This document shows positions 49,316 to 59,426 of a stretch of DNA of 64,000 bases, piece after piece. The notes below the pieces were generated by a model. That model did no database searches, was not told where the DNA came from, and saw only the letters and a program-made list of their open reading frames with translations. Every line of letters starts with the position of its first letter. Position 1 is the first letter of the stretch. The position numbers were made by a program, and so were the translations under genes. This DNA is from Candidatus Limnocylindria bacterium. GTDB lineage: Bacteria > Methylomirabilota > Methylomirabilia > Rokubacteriales > CSP1-6. Location of the stretch: contig DATLFG010000105.1 of the NCBI GenBank assembly GCA_035524955.1, forward strand, positions 7,093 to 71,092. The letters are read 5' to 3'.

Positions 49316-49750
49316 ATCACGGCTTACGCGGCGGACGCTGTTGATTTTAGCACCTTGTGCCGACAGAGTGCTGAACCCCCCGTGCGCCGCGACGGCCTCA
49401 CCCCGCTGGTCGGGGCTGAGTTGGGCGTACCGGAGAGTCACGGTGAACTCGCGGAACCGCCCTTCGTCCCCGGCCAGCCTGAGGGCGCGGCCCAGCGCAG
49501 GCGTTCCTTCTGGCGAAGCCTCCTTACCCGACACGCCCCGGCCCGCGATACTAATTCCCGGGCTCACTTCAGGTGCTCCGCCGGCTGTTCCCGTTCCTGC
49601 CCGCGACGTGAGGTGCTGTGCAGGCTGATCGAGCATCGCGAAGCCCATGGTGGGAAGGCCTCTACTCAGCGCAAAGATCGCGCGGCTGCTAAGTTCCAGC
49701 GGGACCAGGAATCTTCCACTGGCACGATGCCTGCGATATGCCGAGCCACC

Positions 49751-50137
49751 ATGTCCTTTCACGAAGCCAGTGGAAGCGGGAGAAAGCGGCAGGCGACGGA
49801 GGTGCGGCGCTATCCACGCGAGGTCGGCCTGGGGCCGGTCGTCCTTGAAACCCGCGATGGGTGGTTGAGAGCTCCGCTGATCGACCTGAGCCCCGGTGGG
49901 GCCAAAGTGCGCCTCACGGAGCCGCTCAAGGAGGGCACGAGAGGGCGCCTTTACTTCCTGCCACCTCGTTGGCGTACCCGCACGGTCGAGGCGATCGTCT
50001 GGCGGGTTGACCTCGACGGCATAGTCCTCCGATTCACTGGGGTGAGCATCGGAACGCCACCAGCCGCGGAGGCCGTTCGCTCGCCCGGCACGTGGCTGTG
50101 GACCTGGGAGCCATCCGCGCGCGCCCCTGCCAGGTAG
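49751..50137 (+). CDS. PilZ domain protein
   Basis: The PilZ c-di-GMP-binding motifs are RRYPR and DLSPGG, in RKRQATEVRRYPREVGLGPVVLETRDGWLRAPLIDLSPGGAKVRL. An alternative ATG lies at 49727. Confidence 0.65.
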   Translation: MSFHEASGSGRKRQATEVRRYPREVGLGPVVLETRDGWLRAPLIDLSPGGAKVRLTEPLKEGTRGRLYFLPPRWRTRTVEAIVWRVDLDGIVLRFTGVSIGTPPAAEAVRSPGTWLWTWEPSARAPAR

Positions 50138-50437
50138 GGGCGACAGTCGCGGGCACGGGGACGACGGGCGAAAATGGCAGACCTGCTGGGTCGGGTGGCA
50201 CGGGCGGCTCGCTGGGCGGCGGCGCGGATAGCGGCGCGTCGGCTTCGTCGGCGGGTGGCTCGCCTCCGCGGGATACCCCGTACACGACCGTAGAGCGGAG
50301 GTCGACCCGGACGAAGGGCCAGCCCCGAGAACTCGCGGGGGTCTGCGGGCTGAGCAGGTCGAACCGTCGGCCGAAGGTGCGCTGGGCGAGATTCTCTAGC
50401 ATCTCGCCGCGCGGGCCGTCTGGTAGGATGGCACCTC

Positions 50438-51265
50438 ATGTCCGCCGTGGATCCCGGTCCCCACGTCTCGCTGGAGCGCATGAACCGCTTCCAGGAGCCC
50501 GAGGCGCGCCGGATCATCGGAGAGCTGGGGCTGCCGGCCGGCTCGCGGGGGCTCGACGTGGGGTGCGGCGTGGGCCTCTACGCGCTCTGGCTGGCCGAGG
50601 CGGTGGGCCAGGGCGGCCGGGTGGTGGCCATCGAGCCGGAGTCGGCTAAGATCGAGGCGGCGCGCGCGCTGGTGGGCGGTGAAGCCGCCGGCGAGCGCCT
50701 CGAGTTCCAGCCGGGCGACGGCACCGCGATTCCCCTGCCCGACCGGAGCGTGGACTGGGTGTGGTGCGGCGACGTGCTGCACCACATCGTGGACACCGAG
50801 AAGGCCCTGCGGGAGTTCCTGCGGGTGGTCCGCCCGGGCGGCCGCATTATCGTGAAGGAGTCGCAGGTGTTCTCGGCCATGTTCCTGCCGGGCCATCCGG
50901 AGCTCGAACGGCGCATCCAGCTGGCCGAGATCCGTCGCACCCTGGATGAAGGCGGGGGGCGCTCGTTCCAGGAGCGACGCCAGACCACGCCCGCGTCCCT
51001 CCGCGCGGCCGGCCTCGCGAGCGTGGCGATGCGCACGTACACGCTCGAGCGCCGGGCGCCGCTGGCCGCGGCCGATCACGACTACATCCAGCACACGGTG
51101 TTCTCGCGGAACTGGGGCGATCGGCTCCGCGAGATGCTGACACCGGAGGACTGGCGGGAACGGAGCCGGCTTTGCGACGAGGGTGCGCCCGCCAACGTGC
51201 TGCGGAGTCCCGACTACTACTGCCTGTATCCCATCACGGTCTTCTCGGCCCGCCGGCCGACCTGA
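50438..51265 (+). CDS. class I SAM-dependent methyltransferase (Methyltransf_11/25 type)
   Basis: Motif I is LDVGCGVGLYALWLA; motif II/post-I is RVVAIEPE; also DWVWCGDVLHH. Confidence 0.8.
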   Translation: MSAVDPGPHVSLERMNRFQEPEARRIIGELGLPAGSRGLDVGCGVGLYALWLAEAVGQGGRVVAIEPESAKIEAARALVGGEAAGERLEFQPGDGTAIPLPDRSVDWVWCGDVLHHIVDTEKALREFLRVVRPGGRIIVKESQVFSAMFLPGHPELERRIQLAEIRRTLDEGGGRSFQERRQTTPASLRAAGLASVAMRTYTLERRAPLAAADHDYIQHTVFSRNWGDRLREMLTPEDWRERSRLCDEGAPANVLRSPDYYCLYPITVFSARRPT

Positions 51266-51342
51266 GGCCGCGGCGCTTACTTCCCCGCCTCGGCCAGCAC
51301 CTTGCCGGGCACCACCTCGACCCCGGCTCTTCTCGCCCGGGC

Positions 51343-52293
51343 TCACAGCAGGTCCGACGGCTCGACGTCGCGCGCGGCCAGCAGACGCCGCAGGTGCTCG
51401 AGCGCGGTACCCTCGATCTGCCGTACGCGCTCGCGCGTCAGGCCGAGGCGCTGGCCGATGGCCTCGAGCGTCATGGGGTGATCACCCCCCAGCCCGAAGC
51501 GCAGCATCACCACGGTGCGCTCCCGGTCGGGCAGGTCCTGGAGCACACCGGCCAGATCGGCCCGGGCGCGCAGCATGGTGGCCAGCCCGGTGCCCGCCGC
51601 CGCGTTCGGGTCCTCCACCATCTCACCCAGGTTGCCCTTCCCGTCCTCGCCGGTCGGCTTGTCGAGCGAGAGCGGCTGCTGGCGCAGGCTCTCGAGTTGC
51701 TCCAGCTCGCCCGCGGGTCGCTTCATCACCGCGGCCACTTCCTCGAGCGTGGGCGGCCGGCCGAGCTTCTGGGTGAGCACATTGCGCTGCTTCATGTACT
51801 GCGAGAGGAGCAGCTCCACGTGGACCGGCAGCCGGATCGTCCGCGCCTGGTTGGCGAGGGCGCGCACCACCGCCTGGCGGATCCACCAGGTGGCGTAGGT
51901 CGAGAAGCGGGTGCCGCGATCGGGCTGGAACTTGCGGGCCGCGTGCAGGAGCCCGACGTTGCCCTCCTCGATCAGGTCGAGGAGGGAGAGCCCGCGGTGG
52001 AGGTAGCGCCGGGCGATCCGCACCACGAGCCGCAGGTTGGCCTCGACGAGTTGCTTCTGAGCCTCGGCGTCGCCCGCCTGGACGCGGCGGGCCAGGTCCT
52101 GCTCCTCCTCCGGGGTCAGCAGCTTGACCCGGGAGATCTCCTGCAGGTAGAGGGCGATCAGCTCACGGCTACGGTCGCCCGCCTCGGGGGCGTCGGGCTT
52201 CTCGCCGAGCTCGGCGGGGTCCTTGTCCAGCAGGGCCTCGAGGGGCTCGTCGCCGCCCTCGAGCTCGTCGGCCGTCTCGGGCTCCGGGGCCAT
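51343..52293 (-). CDS. RNA polymerase sigma-70 family factor, group 2 (RpoS-like by context)
   Basis: Region 2 is NLRLVVRIARRY...FSTYATWWIRQA. Region 3 is present, and region 4 is LTLEAIGQRLGLTRERVRQIE. At 316 aa it lacks the long SigA N-terminal region. It lies at the end of the surE-pcm-nlpD-like string. Confidence 0.85.
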   Translation of the reverse strand: MAPEPETADELEGGDEPLEALLDKDPAELGEKPDAPEAGDRSRELIALYLQEISRVKLLTPEEEQDLARRVQAGDAEAQKQLVEANLRLVVRIARRYLHRGLSLLDLIEEGNVGLLHAARKFQPDRGTRFSTYATWWIRQAVVRALANQARTIRLPVHVELLLSQYMKQRNVLTQKLGRPPTLEEVAAVMKRPAGELEQLESLRQQPLSLDKPTGEDGKGNLGEMVEDPNAAAGTGLATMLRARADLAGVLQDLPDRERTVVMLRFGLGGDHPMTLEAIGQRLGLTRERVRQIEGTALEHLRRLLAARDVEPSDLL

Positions 52294-52302
52294 GGGAGAC
52301 CT

Positions 52303-53229
52303 TCACTCGTACGGGTGGTGTTCCGAGCTGGACGCGGCCACGTCGCCCTCGAAGACCGGGCTCCGGTCGGAGGGCTCCAGCAGGTGGAGCGGGTTGTACG
52401 CCTTGCCGTCGCGCCGGACCTCGAAGTGCACGTGCGGGCCGCTCGTGTGGCCGCTGCGCCCCACCGTCGCGATGACCTGCCCCGCCTCGACGTCCTCCCC
52501 GGCCTCGACCAGATTCCTCAGGTTATGCGCATAAAGCGTGATGAAGTTGTTGCTATGCTGGATCTTGACCACCTGCCCATAAGACCGGATCCAGCCGCTG
52601 TAGACGACGGTGCCAGGGGCCGCAGCGTAGATCTGCGACCCCATCTCGGCCGTGATGTCGATGCCCGCATGCCACCCCCGAGCGCGCTGGCCGAACGTGG
52701 AGATCACGGGGCCTTCGACGGGCCAGACCAGGCCGATGCGCTCCTCCCCGAAGTCGGGCGTGCCGAGCACCAGGGACGTCAGGATGCGCCGCGGGCCCAC
52801 CCGCTTGATCAGGATGCCGTCGGCATCGGGCTTGGTCCCGGGTGTTTCGCCGGCCGTGCTCAGGACGGGCGCTGGTGGGCAGCCCGGTACGGACAGGCGC
52901 TGGCCGGCGCGGAGCGCATGGGGGGTCACGAGCTGGTTGGCGGCGACCAGGGACGCGCGGGAGACCCGATATCGAACCGCGATCCGACTGATGGATTCGC
53001 CGCTCCGCACACGGTGCGTGCACACGGCCGGTTTCGCCGTCGCTGCGGGCCTGGGGGCGCCGACGACCTTGGAGCCCTTCGGCTTCGCCGGAGCCCCGTG
53101 CGGCGCCGGCACGGTCTGCTGCGAGGTGGCGGGCCGGGTCTTGGCGGGCCTGGTCTGGGCGTCGGACGCCGAAGCGGAGACCGAGAGGACGAGGGCGAGG
53201 AGACCGGCGATGCCGGGCCCGCGGCTCAC
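52303..53229 (-). CDS. LysM + M23 family metallopeptidase (NlpD-like)
   Basis: A signal peptide is followed by a LysM domain (HRVRSGESISRIAVRYRVSRASLVAANQL). The M23 motifs are HAGIDI and SGHTSGPHVHFEV. The GTG start overlaps the acyP TGA (GTGA). Confidence 0.85.
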   Translation of the reverse strand: MSRGPGIAGLLALVLSVSASASDAQTRPAKTRPATSQQTVPAPHGAPAKPKGSKVVGAPRPAATAKPAVCTHRVRSGESISRIAVRYRVSRASLVAANQLVTPHALRAGQRLSVPGCPPAPVLSTAGETPGTKPDADGILIKRVGPRRILTSLVLGTPDFGEERIGLVWPVEGPVISTFGQRARGWHAGIDITAEMGSQIYAAAPGTVVYSGWIRSYGQVVKIQHSNNFITLYAHNLRNLVEAGEDVEAGQVIATVGRSGHTSGPHVHFEVRRDGKAYNPLHLLEPSDRSPVFEGDVAASSSEHHPYE

Positions 53230-53531
53230 GGATCGAACTCCGCGTAGCGAATGGAGAAACCGGTGTAGCGCCCCGTCAGCGGGCGCCACGTCACGGCCAG
53301 GTGATCCACCCGCGCCAGCGGCGGGCCCTTGCCCAGGTCGTGCATGAGCTCCTCGATGAGGTCGCGCCCGCCTTCCACACGCACCCGCACCTTCCCATCC
53401 TTCAGATTCATCACGTATCCGGCGAGGCCCAGCGACGCGGCCTTGCGCTGGACGAAATCGCGGTAGCCGACGCCCTGCACCCGGCCTTCCACGACGATCT
53501 CGGCGGCGCTGCGCAGTCCCGTGAGGCCCAT
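53226..53531 (-). CDS. acyP: acylphosphatase
   Basis: VEGRVQGVGYRDF...GYVMNLKDGKVRVRVEG are the canonical acylphosphatase motifs. Confidence 0.8.
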   Translation of the reverse strand: MGLTGLRSAAEIVVEGRVQGVGYRDFVQRKAASLGLAGYVMNLKDGKVRVRVEGGRDLIEELMHDLGKGPPLARVDHLAVTWRPLTGRYTGFSIRYAEFDP

Positions 53532-53561
53532 CCCGACTCCGACAACGGCTCGAGAAGAAAA

Positions 53562-53638
53562 TGGTCGGGGCGACTGGATTTGAACCAGCGACCTCCTGCT
53601 CCCGAAGCAGGCGCGCTACCAAGCTGCGCTACGCCCCG
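53562..53638 (-). tRNA. tRNA-Pro (anticodon CGG)
   Basis: Acceptor stem CGGGGCG/CGCCCCG, anticodon stem CCTGC/GCAGG with loop TTCGGGA, T-loop TTCAAAT, and an encoded CCA. Confidence 0.9.
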
Positions 53639-53661
53639 TCCCTGACCCTCACACCAGGATC

Positions 53662-54312
53662 TCACGAGTCCCAGGCATACTTGCCGACCAGCTTCACGAA
53701 CATGCACCCGGAATCCCGGGTGACCCGCATCACCCCCTGCACCTTGTCGATCACCTCGAGCGTCTGGTTGGCGACGTCGCCCACCGGCATCACCATCCGC
53801 CCGCCCTCCGCGAGCTGCTCGAACAGGGGCGGCGGCACCGCCGGCCCCCCCGCCGCGACCAGGATGCGATCGAACGGCGCCTCGTCCGGCCAGCCGAGCG
53901 TTCCGTTGCCCGCCCGCACCCAGACGTTGCGGTACCCGAGCCCCTCCAGGGTCTCGCGCGCCCGCGCGGCCAGCCGCGGCAGGCGTTCCATCGTGCACAC
54001 CCGCGCGGCCAGCTCCGCGAGCACCGCGGCCTGGTAACCGCACCCGGTGCCCACCTCCAGCACCTTCTCGCGGCCGCCGAGCCGCAGCAGCTCGGTCATG
54101 CGGCCCACGATGAAGGGCTGCGAGATCGTCTGCCCTTCCCCGATCGGCAGCGGATGATCCCCGTACGCCCGATCGCGCAGCGCTTCGTCCACGAACACGT
54201 GACGCGGCAGCCGCCGCATCACCTCGAGCACCCGCGCGTCGGCGACCCCGCGCCCGACGAGCTGTTCGTCCACCATGCGCTCGCGCTCGCGCGCGAAGCG
54301 CTGCGCGCTCAC
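53662..54312 (-). CDS. pcm: protein-L-isoaspartate O-methyltransferase
   Basis: GEGQTISQPFIVGRMTELL and VLEVGTGCGYQAAVLAEL are PCMT motifs. The GTG start overlaps the surE TGA. Confidence 0.85.
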   Translation of the reverse strand: MSAQRFARERERMVDEQLVGRGVADARVLEVMRRLPRHVFVDEALRDRAYGDHPLPIGEGQTISQPFIVGRMTELLRLGGREKVLEVGTGCGYQAAVLAELAARVCTMERLPRLAARARETLEGLGYRNVWVRAGNGTLGWPDEAPFDRILVAAGGPAVPPPLFEQLAEGGRMVMPVGDVANQTLEVIDKVQGVMRVTRDSGCMFVKLVGKYAWDS

Positions 54313-55082
54313 CGCGTCCGCTTCCTCCCGAGCACGGCGTTCAGGGCGCCTTCCCACTCGCTCATGCGGCCCAGCGCGCCGTGGTGCGTCAGATCCAGGT
54401 GCAGCGGCGTCACCGACGCGAACCCCGCGTGCACCGCCGAGATATCCGAAGCCGTGTCCTCCGCCCATTCCGGGGGACCCGCCCCGATCCAGTAGTACGG
54501 ACGCCCGCGTGGATCCACCTCCTGGATCACCTTCTCGCGGTAGATCCGGTGGCCGAGCCGCGTGAGCCGGATCCCCTTCACCGCGCCCCGCGGCACGTTC
54601 ACGTTCAGCAGCGTCTTGGCGGGCAGCCCCTCCACCAGGAGCCGCGTGGCCACCGCGAGCGCCACCGGTCCCGCGCCGTCGAAGCCCTCCGCGTCCGGGT
54701 CCGCCTGCGATACCGCCAGCGACGGCACCCCGAGCAGCGTGCCCTCCATCGCCGCCGACACCGTGCCCGAGTACGTCACGTCGTCGCCCAGGTTCGTCCC
54801 GTGGTTCACCCCGGAGGCCACCAGCACCGGCGGCTCCGGCAAGAGCCCGAGGACGGCCAGGTTCACGCAGTCCGACGGCGTACCGTTCACCGCGAACTTC
54901 CGCTCCGCGACCCGGTCCACCCGGAGCGGCCGGTGCAGCGTGAGGGCGTGACCCACCGCGCTCTGCTCGCGATCCGGCGCCACCACGTACACCTCGCCGA
55001 GCGCGGCGAGAGCGTCTGCGAGAACCTGGAGCCCGCGCGCGTGGATCCCGTCATCGTTGGTGACGAGAATCACGGGCGCCAT
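54309..55082 (-). CDS. surE: 5'/3'-nucleotidase SurE
   Basis: The N-terminus is MAPVILVTNDDGIHARGL, followed by the GVNHGTNLGDDVTYSGTV motif. Confidence 0.9.
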   Translation of the reverse strand: MAPVILVTNDDGIHARGLQVLADALAALGEVYVVAPDREQSAVGHALTLHRPLRVDRVAERKFAVNGTPSDCVNLAVLGLLPEPPVLVASGVNHGTNLGDDVTYSGTVSAAMEGTLLGVPSLAVSQADPDAEGFDGAGPVALAVATRLLVEGLPAKTLLNVNVPRGAVKGIRLTRLGHRIYREKVIQEVDPRGRPYYWIGAGPPEWAEDTASDISAVHAGFASVTPLHLDLTHHGALGRMSEWEGALNAVLGRKRTR

Positions 55083-55094
55083 GTCGATCGAAAA

Positions 55095-55171
<77 letters not shown>

Positions 55172-55207
55172 ACCCATCGGGCATTGTACGGGCTGGATGG
55201 GGCAAAC

Positions 55208-55579
55208 TCAAGACGAGCGGCCGGGTCGGGAGGCGGCGAGCCGCTGGCGGATGGCGAGCAGCCGCGTCCGCGTGCGCCGGATCACCTCCTCCAGCGTGGC
55301 CCCCCGCAGCCCCAGGTCCATCTGGTCGAGGCCGCGGGCCTCCCCGCGGAGCCGCTTCTTGGCTCCCTCGAGGGTGAGGCGTTCGTCGTAGAGCAGCGAC
55401 TTGATGCGGAGGACCAGCTCGAGGTCGGCCTTGCGGTACAGGCGCTGGCCGGCCGGGTTCTTCTTCGGCCGGAGCAGCTTGAACTCGGACTCCCAGTAGC
55501 GGAGCACGTATGCGGGGATCTCCGTGATCGTCTCGACTTCACCGATCCGGTAGTAGAGCTTGTCGGGAACCGTGCTCAT
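55208..55579 (-). CDS. MerR-family transcriptional regulator
   Basis: YRIGEVETITEIPAYVLRYWESEF is the MerR HTH. Confidence 0.8.
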   Translation of the reverse strand: MSTVPDKLYYRIGEVETITEIPAYVLRYWESEFKLLRPKKNPAGQRLYRKADLELVLRIKSLLYDERLTLEGAKKRLRGEARGLDQMDLGLRGATLEEVIRRTRTRLLAIRQRLAASRPGRSS

Positions 55580-55597
55580 TTCCCCGCGAGCCTCCGG

Positions 55598-55879
55598 CTA
55601 GACGTTGATCCGGAGCTTCAGGCCCTTGCTCGGCTTGAACGTCAGCACCTTGCGCGCGGTGATCTCGATGCTGTCGCCCGTCTGGGGATTGCGGCCGCGG
55701 CGCGACGCCTTCTGCCGGATCCGGAAATGGCCGAAGCCGACGATCTTCACGTCCTCGCCCTTCTCGAAGCAGCGGAAGATGATGTCGAACAGTGATTCCA
55801 CCACGGCAGCCGACTGCCGCTTGGACAGGCCGTGGGCCGCCACCGCATTGATCAGATCGTTCTTGGTCAGCGCCGTCAC
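55598..55879 (-). CDS. ihfA: integration host factor alpha subunit (HU/IHF family)
   Basis: GFGHFRIRQKASRRGRNPQTGDSIEITARKVLTFKPS matches the IhfA arm. Confidence 0.85.
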   Translation of the reverse strand: MTALTKNDLINAVAAHGLSKRQSAAVVESLFDIIFRCFEKGEDVKIVGFGHFRIRQKASRRGRNPQTGDSIEITARKVLTFKPSKGLKLRINV

Positions 55880-55893
55880 CTCCCCTCGTCGGT

Positions 55894-56601
55894 TTACTTG
55901 GCCGGGCCCGAGGTCACGAAGCCCGTCTGTCCCTTGCCCTGCAGCTCGGTGCGGGCCGCGCTGGCCCGCGAGCGATCCGGATAGCCGCCCACCCGTACGA
56001 CGTGCAGCGGCGCGTCGCGCGTCACCCGGGTCACCTGCACCGGGAAGCCCTCGGAGCGAAGCTTCCGGGCGAGGCCCTCGGCGTTACCGCTCTCCTTGAA
56101 CGCGCCCACCTGCACCCAGTAGCTGCCGCTCGACGCGGCCGGCTTCCCCGCGCTCGGGCTCGGGGTGACCGCCGCGGGGCGCTCGGGCGCCTTCGGCACG
56201 CTCGCGGGCGGCATCTCCGGGCGCGCGGGCGCCGGCGTCGAGGGCGGCGGGACGGTCGGCGCGGGCGCCGGGGCCGGCGCGGGGGGCGGGGTGGCGGGCG
56301 GCGCCGCCGCGCTCGGCATCTGGATCGGGGGCGGCGTTGCGGGCGGGCTTGCCGGCGGCGGCGTGCTCGGCACCGGCACGGGCGGGGCGGACGGCTCGCT
56401 CGGCCTCGAGGTCACCCTCGGCGGCGGCGTCGGCTCGAACCAGCCGCCGATCAGCGGGACCGCGATGACGGCGATCACGGCGAGGACGAGCAGGACGAGG
56501 ACGGCGCGGAACCAGCCGGTCGCGAAGATGCTGCGCTGGCCGTATTCTTCCTGCTCTTCGTCTTCCAGGAAATCGTCCTGGTCGGGGCGCTCTGGGCTCA
56601 A
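55894..56601 (-). CDS. SPOR-domain (peptidoglycan-binding) membrane protein with Pro-rich linker
   Basis: An N-terminal TM helix is followed by a PAPAP-rich linker. The C-terminal SPOR domain is SYWVQVGAFKESGNAEGLARKLRSEGFPV. Confidence 0.75.
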   Translation of the reverse strand: MSPERPDQDDFLEDEEQEEYGQRSIFATGWFRAVLVLLVLAVIAVIAVPLIGGWFEPTPPPRVTSRPSEPSAPPVPVPSTPPPASPPATPPPIQMPSAAAPPATPPPAPAPAPAPTVPPPSTPAPARPEMPPASVPKAPERPAAVTPSPSAGKPAASSGSYWVQVGAFKESGNAEGLARKLRSEGFPVQVTRVTRDAPLHVVRVGGYPDRSRASAARTELQGKGQTGFVTSGPAK

Positions 56602-56715
56602 CGCTCAGTCCTCGCTGGCTACTCGATGGTGAAGGGCTCGAGAGTGTTATAGCACCAGTACCAAGGGGGCTCAATCGAAATCACTAGGGGTTCTGCCTAG
56701 TTAGCCACCGCCGGC

Positions 56716-58056
56716 TCAGGCGCGTCGACGCGCCCCCCGGGACCGGCGGCCGGTGGACATGCGAAAGAGCAGGCGCAGGGGCGAGCCCGCGAAACCGTGG
56801 GCGTGCCGCAGCGAGTTGATGAGGTAGCGCTCGTAGGAGAAGTGGATGCTCTCCGGCAGGTTCACGCGGATGGCGAAGGTGGGCGGCGACACCGCGACCT
56901 GCTGCGCCGACTGCACGCGCAGCGGAATGCCGCGCGCCGACATCGGACGCCGCTCCACCGCGTGGCGCAGCGTGGCCAGCAGCTCACCCGGTTGCAGGCG
57001 CTTCTGTGCCTCCGCGGCCACCACGTCCACCTGGTCGAAGAGATCGCGCAGCCCGAGCCGCGTGACCGCGGAGGTGAAGCAGATCGGCGCGTGCTCGAGG
57101 AACGGCAGCCGCTCGTGGATCTGCCCGGTGACGTCGGCCCGCTGCACGAGACCGGTCGGCACGAGGTCCCACTTGTTCACCGCCACCACCACCGCCCGGC
57201 CCGCGTCGTTGGCGTAGCCCGCGATGTGCGCGTCCTGCGCGGTCACGCCCTCGGAGGCGTCCATGACCAGCACCGCCACCTGGCACCGCTCGAGGCTCTT
57301 GAGCGCCATCACCACCGCCAGCTTCTCGAGGGCCTCGGTCACCTTGCCCTTGCGGCGGATGCCCGCGGTGTCGATCAGCAGGTAGTCGCGATCGCGGAAC
57401 GTCACCGGCGTGTCCACCGCGTCGCGCGTGGTGCCGGGCAGGTCGTGCACCAGCACGCGCTCGTGGCCGAGCACCGCGTTGACCAGGGACGACTTGCCGA
57501 CGTTCGGGCGCCCGATGACCGCGACCCGGATCCCCTCCGGCGCCCCCTCGGGGGCGACGGCGGGCGCGCGGTCCCGGCAGGCCTCGAGCAGCTCGGCCAC
57601 GCCGCGGCCGTGCTCGGCGGAGATGGTGAGCACCGGCGCGAAGCCCAGGCGGTAGGCGTCGCCCAGCGGCGCGTCCTGGCCCGCGGCGTCCACCTTGTTG
57701 ACCGCGAGCAGCACCGGCCGTCCGGACTTTCTCAGGATCCCCGCGATCTCCTCGTCGAGGCCGGTCACGCCGGCGCGGCCGTCCACCACGAAGACGAGCA
57801 GGTCGGCGTCGTCCACCGCCTGCAGCACCTGCCGGCGCACGCCCTGCACCAGGTCGGACGCGCTGCTGGGGTCGAAGCCGCCGGTGTCCACGACGGTGGC
57901 CTGCCAGCGCTCGAACACCGCGGTGCCGTAGAGGCGGTCGCGCGTGACGCCGGGGACGTCCCGCACGAGCGAGCGGCGGCGGCCGATGAGCCGGTTGAAG
58001 AGCGTGGACTTGCCCACGTTCGGGCGGCCCACGACGGCGATGACCGGGCGGAGCAC
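56716..58056 (-). CDS. der: ribosome-biogenesis GTPase Der (EngA), tandem GTPase domains
   Basis: Two G-domains are present ([12 protein letters not shown] and [12 protein letters not shown]) plus a KH-like C-terminus. Confidence 0.92.
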   Translation of the reverse strand: MLRPVIAVVGRPNVGKSTLFNRLIGRRRSLVRDVPGVTRDRLYGTAVFERWQATVVDTGGFDPSSASDLVQGVRRQVLQAVDDADLLVFVVDGRAGVTGLDEEIAGILRKSGRPVLLAVNKVDAAGQDAPLGDAYRLGFAPVLTISAEHGRGVAELLEACRDRAPAVAPEGAPEGIRVAVIGRPNVGKSSLVNAVLGHERVLVHDLPGTTRDAVDTPVTFRDRDYLLIDTAGIRRKGKVTEALEKLAVVMALKSLERCQVAVLVMDASEGVTAQDAHIAGYANDAGRAVVVAVNKWDLVPTGLVQRADVTGQIHERLPFLEHAPICFTSAVTRLGLRDLFDQVDVVAAEAQKRLQPGELLATLRHAVERRPMSARGIPLRVQSAQQVAVSPPTFAIRVNLPESIHFSYERYLINSLRHAHGFAGSPLRLLFRMSTGRRSRGARRRA

Positions 58057-58080
58057 GCGCGCCTCCGGGTTCCCCGGCGC

Positions 58081-59424
58081 CTACCGGCCGAGGAGAGCGG
58101 CCAGGAGGGCCGGGGCGTCGGGCTCGACGGAGGTGACGGGCGTGCCGAGCGTGGCGGCCAGGTCGGCGGGGGTGAGGTCGTCGAGGAAGACGCCCGCCCC
58201 GTCGCGGATCGCCACCGCCGGGACCAGCACCTCGTCGCCCAGGTCGCGGCCGGCGGCCCGCGCCTGCTCGAGCTGGATCTGGATATCGCGGCCGGTGAGG
58301 AGTCCGGCGACGCCGATGCCGCGCCCGAAGAATTCGTTGGCGACGGCCACGAGACTCACCCGGAGGCCCTCCACCCCGACCTGATCGAGCAGCGTCCGCA
58401 TCCGCGGCGCGAACATCTCGCCGGTCACCACGGTCACGTGGCGCGGGCGGGCTGGGCGCGCGCGCCGGCGGCCCACCGCGCGGGCGAAGGCGTCCTCGAA
58501 GCGGCGCACGAGGCCGATGCCGTCCTCGGCCACCGCGAAGCCCTCGTACTCGCGCGCGCCGGGCAGCGGGAGTCCGGCCTGCAGGTACAGCTCGTCGGCG
58601 GCCCAGACGAAGCGCGTGCCGAGCGTGTCGCGGAACTCGCGCTGCCAGGCTTCGACGGCGCGCACGAGCGCGCCCGCCTCGTCCGGCCTCACCGGCCGCA
58701 GCTCGGGGAGGCGCGCGCGGTGGCGCGTGAGCCCGACCGGCACCACCGCGGTGGTCGGCACCGCGGGATGAAGCCGGGCCAGCTCGTGCACGGTGCGGTC
58801 GAGGTGCGGGCCGTCGTTCCAGCCCGGGCACAGCACGATCTGCGCGTGCATGGCGATGCCCGCCTTGGCGAGCCGCCCCATCACCGGCAGGAGCTCGCGG
58901 CGCACCCGCGGCCGCCCCAGGAGGGCGTGGCGCAGCTCGGGGTCGGTGGCGTGCACCGAGACGTAGAGCGGCGAGAGCCGCTGCGCCTCGATGCGCGCGA
59001 GCTCGGCCTCCTCCAGATCCGTCAGCGTGATGTAGTTGCCGTGGAGGAACGAGAGCCGGAAGTCGTCGTCCTTGACGTAGAGGCTCTTGCGCATCCCCTT
59101 CGGAAGCTGGTGGATGAAGCAGAACACGCACTTGTTGGCGCAGGTCGCGATCTCGGCGGGGCGCGGGGCCTCGAGCTCGAGCCCGAGCCCCGCGCCGCCG
59201 CGGCGGCGCAGCCGCGTCGTGCGCGCGCGCCCCTCCCGCTCGATCGAGAGCCGCAGATGCTCCTCGCCCGCGTGGAAGTGGAAGTCGATCACGTCCCGCA
59301 GCGAGGCGCCGTTGACGGCGAGGATGCGGTCGCCGGGGCGCAGGCCGGCCCGGGCCGCCGGAGTCCGCGGCGTCACCGCGGCCACCACCACGCCCGCTCC
59401 CGTCGCGGCCGGCCGGCCAGCCAT
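58081..59424 (-). CDS. PDZ domain + DUF512 family protein with CxxxCxxC Fe-S motif (radical-SAM-like)
   Basis: The N-terminal PDZ region is GLRPGDRILAVNGASL; the Fe-S motif is CANKCVFCF; the DUF512 C-terminal region is present. The internal ATG at 59424 lies 2 nt after the pgsA stop. Confidence 0.7.
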   Translation of the reverse strand: MAGRPAATGAGVVVAAVTPRTPAARAGLRPGDRILAVNGASLRDVIDFHFHAGEEHLRLSIEREGRARTTRLRRRGGAGLGLELEAPRPAEIATCANKCVFCFIHQLPKGMRKSLYVKDDDFRLSFLHGNYITLTDLEEAELARIEAQRLSPLYVSVHATDPELRHALLGRPRVRRELLPVMGRLAKAGIAMHAQIVLCPGWNDGPHLDRTVHELARLHPAVPTTAVVPVGLTRHRARLPELRPVRPDEAGALVRAVEAWQREFRDTLGTRFVWAADELYLQAGLPLPGAREYEGFAVAEDGIGLVRRFEDAFARAVGRRRARPARPRHVTVVTGEMFAPRMRTLLDQVGVEGLRVSLVAVANEFFGRGIGVAGLLTGRDIQIQLEQARAAGRDLGDEVLVPAVAIRDGAGVFLDDLTPADLAATLGTPVTSVEPDAPALLAALLGR

Positions 59425-59426
59425 CG

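Noticed and set aside
56002-56674. Several 150-216-aa ORFs on both strands rich in G/R/A or P/A
   Set aside because: These are alternate frames of the proline-rich linker of the SPOR-domain gene.
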